DNA from: Auanema rhodensis
Taxonomy: Eukaryota; Animalia; Nematoda
Direction of reading: 5' to 3'
DNA length: 64,000 bases
Assembly (NCBI GenBank): GCA_964057225.1
Contig: OZ059896.1
Location: 17,050,001-17,114,000, forward strand
Positions 24,356 through 37,162 of this stretch are shown here, piece after piece. The position numbers were made by a program, and so were the translations under genes. The notes below the pieces were generated by a model. The model had not been told where the DNA came from. It ran no database searches and saw nothing but the letters and a program-made list of their open reading frames with translations. The first letter of the stretch is position 1. Every line of letters starts with the position of its first letter.

Positions 24356-25220
24356 GGCCTGAAGAAAAAATAAAATGGAATCGGAGGAGAAGAAATTTTT
24401 GAAGTTTATGGAACAAATCGAAAAAATTTTTTTTCCTGAAAGTGCTGCGAAAATGAAAGTGACAGGCGAACAGGTAGGAAGAGGTCGGTTAAATAAAAAC
24501 TTTTTGAAATGAATTCAGAAATGCGAGCACAAAATACAAGTAACAACTTTCCATTCATGGGCATATTGTCTATTATATATTTAAACATATGCTAAGCCAT
24601 GCGGTTAAGAAGATTATTGAACTTATTTCCATTTTCTATACTCGTGCCATCAGTGGGATAACTTTTCTTTTGCTCTGTTTATATCAATAAGCCTCTGGGT
24701 TTCGCTGATTTTTTGAACAAATTGCTCTTTCTATTCTGAAGCTAAGATCACATTTGTCTAGTTTTATGATAAAAAGTTGGCAACATAAGACAAAATGAGG
24801 AACAGACGTCGAACAAGACCAGTTGATAGATTTTGACAACCACTTATACGCATAGAACACAATATTTTCAACTGTATCTGAGAACTGTGGCCTTACTCCG
24901 GAAAACAGCTGATAGTAACTGAGAAACACAAAGACAGATAGAGAGGGAAAATAGAAAAATGGGTAGGCGAAAGCTTAACGGAAGTAATTTATTCTTCTAG
25001 TTCGAATCAAAAGATGATAGTACATGCTACAATACAAAACGTTTTAGCAGCATCCAAGGTTTCGATAATCTTAAAATATATCTATCTGAATAAAACATAA
25101 ATGTTACGCATAGAAAAGAGCATTACTTTTCTATGTCTTTTGTGTACATGAAAATTGAAACAAAACTATTTGAAAATGAAAAAATACATCAAAATATGGA
25201 ACAGAAGTTTGCTATTATAT

Positions 25221-26626
25221 CTAATCTAGGGTTATGATTTCAACGTCAGTATTTGATACACTGGCGCTTGCTTTTTCATTTTTTTGTCTTTTTGGAGTAG
25301 AATTATTATCTGAAAACATAATTGATGTAATGAACGAGAATCTATCATATCATACTCTTTTCAACATTTTCGTCTTGAGATTCAGTTGACGAACTTCTCT
25401 TATACTTGTTATTAAACTGGCTTATTACAGTTGATGTATGGTTAATATCAACTCTACTTTCCTTTTTTTTTGAAAATTTTGCAGATTTGATTACATTTCC
25501 ATTCATATCTAGCTGTAATTCAATGCTTATCATAGTAGCACATGAAAATAAGATTGGTACTTTACCTGAGTTACAACATCATCAACAATAATTTCCATAT
25601 CAGTCACCTCATTATCCATAGATCTTAAAGATTGATTGTTATAGACAATGATGTACATATATCATACTTCTGTATTCTGTTTGGTGTTGGTATCTGCGAA
25701 CCACACCTTACTTGTTTCTTTTTCTCAAATTGTCGCGATAGATTGGGAACGACGCTAAGTGATGTACGATGTCCAACACGTAATTTGGAAGCTTCGCACT
25801 TGTTTGAAAGTTTATCTGCTGTTGGCAAAAGTGGAAGTGGCTTAAATCATATTATTCAAGTTAAATATGAATTCTAATTTACGTTTAATAAGTTAGCCAT
25901 CATACTTCGTGGAGACAATGGACATAGATCAACTTCAGGTAGTGGATCATCTAAGAAGGATCTTCAAAAGATATAAATCAAAGACTAAATCTAACTTAAG
26001 ACTTACACCTTGGTATGGTGATCAGAGCTTAGGCGACGGGGCTTCAAACTTAGTAAATTAAACAATAATAAACATCAATTTACCAGAATTGTTCTTGAAA
26101 CAGTTGATTGGGGTCGCTTTAATTTGGGAGCAGATGAATGAAGAAGAGATGAAGTACTTGGTGGATCTGTTTGAGTTGGGCGATCAAACTTGACCAAGTC
26201 TTTAAAACCTAAAAATGAAAGAGTGTGTGATACATTATTTCAAATTACTTGAGGGATCGGGACAAATTGATGTTGCGTACTTTTCATAAACATTCTTAAG
26301 CTTATCGAGTGGTAATTTTGTTGGATCAATAGTGGTTATAATTCCCTCCTATAACATAACAGAATAGGAAGTTAGTTTACAAACGAAACTACTCTGCTTT
26401 TGTGATTGCATTTCACGTGATAACTAGCAAAAGCTGCACTAAAAAATTTTATATCACACAGTTTACACTGATATAAGGCAATTTCTGAAAGAAATAAAAA
26501 ATCACTGCGAATCGGAACACTATTCTTACCTTCATGTTCAATCGCTATATGTTCGAGTAAGACACCAAGGTGGTATGATGTGTCTCCTTTACACATACAG
26601 CATTTGAAAATCGACTTTGGTCCCAT
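25221..26626 (-). CDS. C2H2 zinc-finger protein (2 N-terminal fingers) with low-complexity tail and SIM-like motifs
   Basis: FKCCMCKGDTSYHLGVLLEHIAIEH and YQCKLCDIKFFSAAFASYHVKCNH. A phase-consistent exon chain leads to ...TDMEIIVDDVVTQ...PKRQK...NTDVEIITLD* (TAG at 25221-25223). Some internal acceptors are weak AAG/CAG choices, and an upstream exon is possible. Confidence 0.7.
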
Positions 26627-27263
26627 TTCCCGCGCTATAATATAAAAATAATTTTAAAAAAAGTAAAACGTAATTGCAAATTGTATCTGGCAAGACTTGT
26701 AGATGTGATAAGTGAAGTGCCAGCTGGATATAAGTCTTGTTCGACTCAAACGACAATACGAGCAATTGAAGATTATATTTCGTAAGAGTTTATCAAAGTT
26801 TTGAATTATAATATAAATAAATAAACAAATTATATGAGAATTATTAATAAATTTCAATATATAACACATAAATTTGCTTAACGTATACGCAACATTTCAA
26901 ATTGAATTAAATTCATAATTTCTTCTTTACGTATATACGTGCAACTTTTAATTGTGACTTTATCTTGAAAAATTGTTACAGCTAATTTCAATTTTTTCAA
27001 ATACTTAATAAAGTACTAAAATGGACGTTAAACCAAAGAATAAATCAATAAAAACATTCGATGATTTCATCATTTTGTCAATTTATTCAAAACAATAAAA
27101 TGAAGCCATGGTCTAGATTAAGTCTGGTCAGTCAATTCAATTGATAAAATCTTGTTTTTTCAAGCTGATTAATGGTTAAACCATAACAAAATATGGAAAT
27201 TGAGTTTTAAACAAGGATAAAAATGGTTCAACTTCTCACAGGTATTTCTTCTACTACCTGATT

Positions 27264-29694
27264 ATGGGAAGAGTATGGCTCTTTTCCTTATTTCTAGTTG
27301 TTGCTTGTCCATTTCATGAATTCACAGAGGTATGCTTATAAATAAAAATATTCTTGAAAAAGTTTCACAAACTTTGAAATAAAATAGACATGCTCTTAGG
27401 CTTCCATGCTGTCAATGATTGGCACAAAATCCAAAACATCCTTCTGTACTTATTGCCAAATTTTGAATCTTCGTTTTCGAATCAGATTATACTCATCGCC
27501 AACGAATGAAGAATTAATAAGTATGATTAGGTTTGTTTATAAACCAAGTATATAAATAGTTTCTGAGTTTCCCAAATAATTTTAAGAGAACACTGTGTCT
27601 TGATTACCCCATCAGAACTGTGCCATCAGTTACTAGATGAGTTTGGGGTTTGTTTTTGGATTGCAAGCATGTAGCCTATTCAATCCTAACTTCTAGGAAT
27701 CAATAGTTAGTACTGCAAAAGTTCTTCTTCAAAAAGATGTTGATGTTTGTGGACAATATGTTACTGGATGTACAAATGGAAATTCTCTTATCAACTCTTT
27801 ATGGGATATTGAACTACCTGAAAAATCTTTACAACAAACATTTACAAACAATGTATAATACTCATATAATTGTGCTGAAATAAGTCCGATGATGTTTAGA
27901 CAGGAACTCAGAAGAAACTTCGAGTTTTACATCTCACAGATCCTCATATTGATTATAACTATACAGAAGGATCAGAATCTGATTGTACAACAAAAGAAGT
28001 ATTAGGATCAGTGTTACTATGCTGTCGTGGCGGTCCTACCCCAGGTTAATCTTTTTACATTTTTACAGATATTTTTGCCAATTCTAATCTTTAGATGTCA
28101 AAATACCATCAGGTAAATGGGGGATGCCCATGCATTGTGATCCACCTTTTCGTCTATTTGAGAATGTAATGAAATATATAAAAACAATTGAAAATGTATC
28201 CAAATATATAAAATTATAATTATAATTAATATAATTATAGATTGATTATATTATATTAACTGGTGATTATGATGTTCATACTGTATGGGATGGTAATAAC
28301 GATAGATCTATACAAGCAATGCTTAACATTACTCAAACAATCAAAGAGATGTTGCCTGATATTCCATTATATGTAACTATTGGAAATCATGAAGGTGATC
28401 CATCAGATTCGTGAGTTTCAATTAATTTTTTATATTGAAGAAAAAATATAAAATTACTATAGATTTCCATCAGATAAAGCTAGTCAACTTACTAATATTT
28501 CAACTAATCCCCGTGATAAAATGTATCAAAGTTTAAATTCAATAATGTCATCCTATATTACGGATGCTCAATCAAAAAATATCCAACGGTGATCTACGAA
28601 GAACTTTTCTCTTTCAAATTATTCATAAATATTTTCAGAATTGGAAGTTATTCAATACATCCAACAGATAATCTAAAACTAATTTTAATTAATAATAACT
28701 ACTGTTCTGAAGCTAATTTGTAATTTTTATAACAAATGAAGGCAAACAGGTTTTCAGCTTTCAAATTTCAGTGTGGACTATACTGATATGGAAGATCCTG
28801 ATGGAGTACTAGAGTGGTTAATCAGCGAGTTAATAGAATCTGAGCTTCTGAATGAAAACGTATAAACTATGTTTTAACATATTCTAAATAATAATAATAA
28901 TAATATTAGGTTCATATAATAGGACATATTCCACCAAATGATAATTGTTTAAAAGGATGGTCAAATATGTATCTTAAGATTGTTCGACGGTAATTCAAAA
29001 AAAAAAGAAGGAAACTATAATATTCAAATATAACTTCCAGTTTTAATAATATAATCAAAGCTGAATTTTACGGTCATACACATCATGACCAGTTTACGGT
29101 ATATAGAAAACAAATAAATAACACAAACAATTCCTTTTATAGGTTTATAGAGATGATGAAAAAGCATTTGGTTCAGCATTTATTTCTCCTTCATTTTCAA
29201 CATATCCTGGTCAAAAACCTGCATTTAGAATTTATAATTTAAATGAAAACTATGAAGTATGATAGAGAGTTTACAATGATATTTTTGATTTTCTTTTATT
29301 TTCGGTTGATGATATTGAGTCATATACATCAGATGTAATGAGAGCTAATTTTCAAGGAACGGAGCCTGAATGGTACAAAGAATATACATTTAAGGTTAAA
29401 CAATCCTTTAAATAAAATTTTTTTTTGAAAAGAATCAAAAGCTTTTAATAATTTATAATTTATTGCAGAAATTATATGGATTAGCCGATTTATCTCATAG
29501 CACACTTTATAATTTGACCCGATTTTTGAAGAATTCAATGTATTTTGAGCGATATGAAGAGTGAATTCTATAATTTTATTATTACTAATGTTAATATTTT
29601 TTTCAGATTCTATTGGAAAAATTGGAAAAAGATGTGCAAAACTAATGCTTGTCGTATGAAATTGAGAGATCAATTAGTTTCAACTATAATTTAA
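27264..29694 (+). CDS. Acid sphingomyelinase-like (saposin B + metallophosphoesterase); one defective acceptor
   Basis: Signal peptide MGRVWLFSLFLVVAC, then a 6-Cys saposin domain (CTYC...HC...LC...VC...GC). Catalytic motifs LHLTDPHID, CCR...GKWG...CDPP, ILTGDYDVH, TIGNHE, IIGHIPP and FYGHTHHD, followed by SPSFSTY..KPAFRIY. Stop TAA at 29692-29694. Confidence 0.9.
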
Positions 29695-29746
29695 CAATCT
29701 CAAATGATTTATTTAACAAATTACAAAATTAACAACATGTACATGT

Positions 29747-30582
29747 TTAGCTCCGACCTTGTTTGACAATTAAATCATCAAAATATTCTTGATCCTGTAA
29801 TCGGAAGTTGTAGACAGATTGATAAAGTTTTGGGTTTTTGTCAGAAGTTTGAAATGTTATATCACTAAGGCAATCAACTGCATATTCTTCATTTTTAGGT
29901 GAAACCTGAGAAAAATTTAAATTTAAATTCAAATAATATTTTCATAAACTGACAATTCCAGGTATACCATATTTCAAACTATAAAAAGCTCCATCCGGAT
30001 TTATACCTAAGTGATAATGATCCATTTTCCAGAAAATTTCATTAAGCTGTAAAACAACTTAGAATAAGTTATTCTATGAATAGAATTTACCTTCTTTGCT
30101 TCACCAGCTGACAGTTTTTTCGTCAGTTCGGGCTTATAGATCGTAGACCAAAGTTTCTTCAGATTCGATCGCATTTCAATGTATTCATGAGCCCTCTTGA
30201 CAGCATATTTCTTGTTATCATACAAAGTACTTGACTTACTTTTAATTGTACCCTAGAATATAGTTAATTTAATTATTTATATTAACAGTTTCAAATTACA
30301 AAATTTTTATCTGACCAACTTGTGATTCTTGCTTTCTGTTTGGCGAGCGTTGTATCAGAATTCAATCCTTGAGTAAGCTGGAAATATAACGGTTATATAT
30401 AAATATATTTCTATTAAGGATATTCAATATAATAAAAAAACTTTTAAAACCTTTTGCAACTTATCCCATGTAGCATGAATAAATAGTTTTTTTAGATAAC
30501 ATGGATGAAACTTCTGTGATTCAGTAGAAATGACAAGAGCTAATAGTACTGCAATTCTCATAACAGAACTAACACCTCTCAT
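29747..30582 (-). CDS. Small secreted protein of unknown family, paralog A (5 exons)
   Basis: MRGVSSVMRIAVLLALVISTESQ signal peptide; exons ...WDKLQK | LTQGLNSDTTLAKQKARITSWSDKNF | GTIKSK...GEAKK | LNEIFWKMD...GI | VSPKNEE...QGRS*. All introns are phase-0 GT-AG. Confidence 0.8.
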
Positions 30583-31075
30583 GATGACCGAGGTAAAAGA
30601 ACTGAAGAGATCTCAGTACTGAACTTTCCAATCAGATCGAAATTCATATCTAAAGGGGATAAACACTTTACATCGCAATTATTAGGAGGATAATACGATA
30701 TTAAAAGAAAAAACGAAAGAGAGAGAGAGAGAGAGTGTTTCCACCTCAAACCGTTATAATCAGATTCACTTTTTTGATCTCAAAATTCGCACTCTGTCTA
30801 AAGTTGCAAATATATAATCTCTTCATGAAAACTTAAAAATCAACAAAATATATTTATGTATATACATATGTACCGATCTTTAATTTTTAAAAAATTATAA
30901 AAACCAATAGTATGCATATGTATGCAAAATAGATTGAAATATGAGTGAGTCAATGTGTCTGTTTTGATGTTTTTTTTTTTGTTAAAAAATAAAAAAGAAA
31001 ACGTAAGATGGATAAATAATGATTTATTGCTTCAAATGTTATATATTTGATCGTAACAATGCAATTTAGTACAAT

Positions 31076-31949
31076 TTAGTAAAAGGATGGTGAAAATGGA
31101 TAACTGAAAGTATTTCGGTAGTAGGTATAGAGAATAGCTCCATTGAATTCTTTAGAGTTTTCTGCTGTCGTAAATATATCTGGCACTAGGCCCATTAACT
31201 TTGATTGTGTAATTGAGCTATTCTAAACAAAATTTATTAAAACTTAAATTAGAAACTTGAAAAGCTACATACATCCATAGGAATTAGATCAATGGCATTT
31301 GATAACGCGATTGGAATTTCAAATCCGTCGTTCATAGCATCAAATGTCGTAAATCTTTCCAAAAACTGAAAATAAAATAGAAATATTTTAAATGCTCAAA
31401 TTATATTATTTCTTTTCTTTTCTCAACCTTTTTATATATAGCTGCTCCAAATAGATTTGTAATTTTTGGTTTAGTAACTTTGTTCGTCATCTTAACTACA
31501 GCATCTCTATATTCCAGAAATTGTAAAGCATTTTCCAAAATAACTGTTTTATTATCAGCTGAAGAAAATGTTTTAGTTGTTATAGTACCCTGTAATATAA
31601 TCCTCAAATTGGGTATAATATATGGTGTAATTAAAAAAAACTATGAAAAGCTAAAAAAAACGTACAAAATTATTTTTGTGCCAATTTTGCATTCGCTTTT
31701 TACGAGCAGCAAGGGTTGTGTCAGAATTCAATCCTTTACATAGCTTCAACAATAACATATATGTATATATATTTGATTATTTTGTTTACAAATTAGAAAA
31801 TTGAATATAATAAAACTTACATTAAGCAGCTTACCGAAACCAGCGTGGTTATATATTGGAACAAAGAAATTAGGTGCAAACGGGCTTTGAGCTTCGATCT
31901 GTGGCAAAGCAATAGCCACAAACAGTACTAGTATACACGTTGACCACAT
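31076..31949 (-). CDS. Small secreted protein of unknown family, paralog B (5 exons)
   Basis: MWSTCILVLFVAIALPQIEAQ signal peptide; exons ...FGKLLN | LCKGLNSDTTLAARKKRMQNWHKNNF | GTITTK...AIYKK | FLERF...PMD | NSSITQ...PSFY*. Exon structure is the same as paralog A. Confidence 0.8.
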
Positions 31950-34900
31950 TGTTTCCCACAGTATATTTGAAATAACTGAGCTGAGATAAACGAGAAGTTG
32001 ATTAGATATGGAAACGTAAACGTATAATACCGTTCTCGCTAATCGTTTCAATCCAGCATAGTGTGATGTTTCATATCTATTACATGTACATGTATTTCCC
32101 ATATATCATCACCAACTTTTTTTTTGAAAGTTTCAAATTTGAGCGAAGATTAAAGATTTATTTTTCAAATTACACTACAACATTCTTTTTTGTCCTTTCA
32201 ACTTACAAATACAAAATGATTTTTGTGTTGAGTGATCAAGAAATTGAGGGACATTCAAAAAGAGATAGATAAGTCTTTTGGACTCTGCAAAGCTATTGTT
32301 GTTGAACATTTTTGTCTGATTTAAGAAAGAATTAGCAGAGAAAATCAACGTCTATTTGGTAGCATTGTAAGGAAAAGACATATATGCAACATATAGTATC
32401 CTGTCTAAATATCTACAAGCTTAAATGCTATTAAGAAACTTTTGTTCGAAATCTCTCAATTCAAAAAAGACGACGAATAAGATTTGAAGCTTTTATCAAA
32501 ACAATTTATTTTTGATACAAAAAATAGACAAAATCGAAGATGATTATACGTATTATTCTTATTGTTTGTTTTACTTTCATTGGTTAACCAACAAAAAAAA
32601 CTGATTATTAAATATGAAAAATATGCTGAAGATGATGATAATGTGTTGTTTGATATGCAAACAACTTCCCTTATATTGCTTCAGTTTTGCTTTTAGCCCC
32701 ACAAAACTTCATAGTTTTTATTTTGCAAAACTGAAATTCATATAGTAAGTTTGCTAATTTTCTAAGTTAAAAAAAAAGAAATTTCTCAGTATTTCCTTCT
32801 GTAAATTCGTAATTCATACTTAGAAATCCACATAAATCAGAAGAAAATTTAAAATATAATATTTATAGCTCTTTGTCAAAGTGTTTAATTAATTTTTTTT
32901 AAATAATTGATTGATTTTTTCAGTGTTAATGTCATCTATATATATATATATATATGCATATATTTATGTATTCGTTTAAAATACTTTGATTTTCAAACAA
33001 AGCATTTGATTTGTTATCAGAAAAAGTAAAAAAAACGAAGATTTATACATATTGTTCCCTAAAAGATTATGAATACATTCAGAAATTGAAGAAGAATGTT
33101 TTGTTGTTCAAAGAAAAAAACTGAAAATGTGAAACAAAATTAATTTTTTTTTCTGATAGATCATAAGATCTTTCTCTCTTCATGAAAATCACGTACAACC
33201 TGCACGTACAACCTTTTAAAAAACGTTAAGCTCATGAAGTGCTGTTGTTACAACTTTTCAATAAAAATTTTTCAAAATGAAAATTGCATCAAAGATTATA
33301 ATACTTTAAACAATCATAATAAGGTTATACGTATAATATGTACTTAATGAAAAAACCGGCTTAATCTTTTTTAAATATTTTATGTGAATCTCTACATAAG
33401 TGATTTCAATTTATATATTAAGGTTAGTTGATGAATCATTCATCTCATGGATTATATCATTATTATAGATATGTATTTATAATATATTAATTAACTAATA
33501 TATAATAATGGTTGAATAATCTTTTATGAATATACAAAGAAAATATTTGAATATGTCAAAAAGAAAAAGAAAAACAGAGTTAAAGAAATAAATTTTCATT
33601 TCTTGAAATAGTTTTGTTTGAAAATCTTCTCTCTCTTTCTCTCTCTCTCTCACACACACTCTTTCTGTAGTTTTTAGATCTCAAAATATACCTTTAATTA
33701 TCTTTTTTCAGAATATTGTATGATAAATATTTTTTGAAATTTCATAATATTTGTTAAAGCTTATTGGTCTTTTTGTTTCGAAAAAAAAACGTCTGAATAC
33801 ACCAATCCAAGAATGGATAAGATCGAAATATAGAAAAAGATATTTATGCGTTGCCAATTGAATATTCATTCTGAAATCTGATCTTTGAAGTTTGTAAAGA
33901 AAATATATAAAAAGCTTTCGTATTTCCATGGCTACAGTTTCACTCATCATTTTGCTTGTTCTTCCTTTTGTGTCTGTTTGTATAGGTGTGAGTATGTTTC
34001 AATTTTAGCTTAAATAGTTTTTTCTCTTAAAGAAATACGAAAAGTGAACCTCTGTTTTTCCTTATTGGCCGTGAACAGCCAATATAAGATGAATACGTTT
34101 TTCCATATTACGTGCACTAGTAAGTACAAGTTGCTCATACTCTGCTGTTGCAGTTTTGAAGTCTTATGATATATAATTGAAAAACTTTATTTTCTTCATC
34201 ATCTTCTTTTCTTCAACCTAATATTCGACTTGAACTTAGCCGAAAAAGAAGTTTAACATAGCATTGCCTGCATGCATGTGCTAGCATATCTGCATCTGGA
34301 GTGTGTATGTGACTATGCTGTTGCGATGAAGCTTAGCAGCTTCTCTTCGTCGTTCATTTTATTTTCATGTCGTGAGGTCCATTTTTTTCACAATTTCCAT
34401 TCAATAAGGTTGTATAACTCTGTTCTTAAGGTTCTCAACTCAATTAATATTTTATTTGAAAATTGTTGAGAACTTTGAAGCTAATTAGATGGAAGAGCAG
34501 AAAAGAGAAACGTATGAATATTTAAGAAGCTAAATCTTCTTCAGTCTATCTGCCTGTTTCTTCAACATCTTATACCTAATACATGTTAGCTCTATATCTT
34601 TTTACCATTTTGACTTTAAAGCTTTTCATCTACACAATTGATGATGTTCTAAATATATTCATATATATATTATATATTATGTGAATAATATATAATATAA
34701 TATTAGATATGAACTTTAAAAGCATTCTAAATCATAAAACCAATTAAAAATTAAATATATATTTCATTCTTATTCCTACTTTCATATTACTTCAAAAGCG
34801 GTTTTTTCAACGACTTTGCAGCTTTTTCTGTTGGTTTAAATTGCAAAAGATACACAGTAATATTTAATTTATATTCAAAACTTTGATTAGTCGTTGAGTT

Positions 34901-36014
34901 TTAGTTAATAAGCTTTTTTACTTCATTATTCTTATTCTTTCATATTTCTTGTCTTATACTTTTCAATTCTTCACATACTTCTTCCATTTAGATTGCTATT
35001 CTTTTCTCATTTTCATTGCATCATTCTCTCATTCATTTTATATTCATTATTATTATTTTCTTTTATAAATAAGGACACTTTTCATTCTTATAATATACTA
35101 TATGTATATATAGTATGAATATTAAATGTTATGATTGATAATAGAACTTTTTCAATCTTTTTTATTTATTATTGAAGTAATGAAATACACAATTCTTTCT
35201 TCTTTACTAAAAATAAATTCTTTATTTTTTAAAATTTTAATATTGCTATACGTAATATACTTAAATTCAACGTTAATTCTTAAATTTGAATTACTTACAG
35301 TAAAACGAGGGGAAGGAGTGAGAGTCAATTAGTTTTAAAACGAAAATATTGAAAACATGAAATTTATTTTTTAAAATTATGTTGTAATTATATTAAAAAA
35401 ACTTAGTAATAATTTTAAATTATTCTATATTAAATACAATACAATCAATTATTTGTTGTGAATTTTAAAATCAAAATTATCTGAATTATTACGTGATCCT
35501 AATTCCACGTGAATGCATAACGTTGACGTGTGTCTAGCTAATTATATGCTAATTATATGATATTTGAATGTAAAATATAATTCATGAGAAAACAAATGTA
35601 TATAAGGTGAATTGTACTTATATATTATGATTTTTAAAGGTAAAATATGATAATTACATATTTGTTATATAAATAAAATACATAAAATATAAATATTTGC
35701 ATATATTATATATAAGTTCTTTAAAAATATATGTATATATTACTATATGTCTAATATTTGTCTAAATTACTTTTATAAACAGTCTATTCTTATTTTTTCC
35801 GTTATTTCATCTAACTAATTGTAGTTGTTGTAGCAGTTGCTTGAAGAACTACGAAGTTTCCTTCTACTTTTTCCTTTTTGAATAGCATTCTGAAAAAATT
35901 TCAGACATCTTTTGGTGTTGAATTTGCTACATTATTGTCGCATTAATCAAACATTTTCTTAAAGGTTATAACTTTTTGATGATCGAGAGGAAAAGAGTAC
36001 GATCAAGAGGAAAT

Positions 36015-36054
<40 letters not shown>

Positions 36055-36789
36055 TGAAAAGCAGATAGTGATGAGACAGAAGGGCTAAATTTTTAATAAG
36101 AATTTTTAGTTTTTTTCTGTGTCTAACCTCGAATAGCTGGAAGGAACGAAGGCTAAAACGTCTAAAGAGGAAGTGAGGTGTCATACGTGCTGGCCGTTAA
36201 GCCGCTTTAGGTGACCAGCACACTTCTCACAGCATCCATCGTTGCGGAAGCAAGCTATGAAACAAACAAACCAACAACAACATACATGCATATAGATATA
36301 CATATATAATTATATATATATATATATATATACTTTATATGTGAATAGACATAGTTTTCTTCTGTTATTTTCTGATTAATTCATATTTTTATTGAACAAT
36401 TTAAGTAAAATTGTATGTATGTAGATGTTGTTTGCATTTTTAAAATTTCAAAGTTGAACAATCTAAGCTAAATGAACTACTTTAAACAGACTAGGGATAG
36501 TATGAGATAGAAAGAGAGTAAAAAGCTAACTACTTATTCATTATTTTTGAAAAAAAAAAGAAAAATGAGATGTCAATATGCATAATAATAAACAGAGGTC
36601 TATATTAAATTCATAAAACTAAGTTTCATATTCATCTCTATTTAATTTTCATTTCTTAAAGTTTGAAAGAAACATTTATAAAGTTTTTTGTGTTCATGAC
36701 CTACTATGCACATAAATATACACAACATGCATGTATATATGTATATAGATTATTGCTTTTTTACTTTTACTGTTTCCCTTCTAATCTTC

Positions 36790-36824
<35 letters not shown>

Positions 36825-37118
36825 CCTCTCTCCCTCTCTCGAAAACAAATACAAAAAATAGATAGAGAGAGCGGGAAGGGGATGTTCTGGAAGAAGGTTA
36901 TTGAAGCAAGATTGAGATACAGATGAAGAAAAACGAGAACAAACGAAATGGTCTTATGTGCTTATCGGAAAACTTTCTTTTTGACTCAAAGTTCTGCATA
37001 TTAACAGCGTGCCCCTTAAGGCATTATTTCCGAATGAACTTCCTATACGCACCTGCTTGGCATTTTCCGAATCGGAAATATATTGCCCTGTTTTCATGAA
37101 AATTCCCTGTTTTCATCC

Positions 37119-37162
<44 letters not shown>

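Noticed and set aside
26654-26869. ORF with CSYC...H...H upstream of the zinc-finger gene
   Set aside because: Finger spacing is atypical and I could not establish a reliable start or an in-frame junction. It may be UTR or outron.
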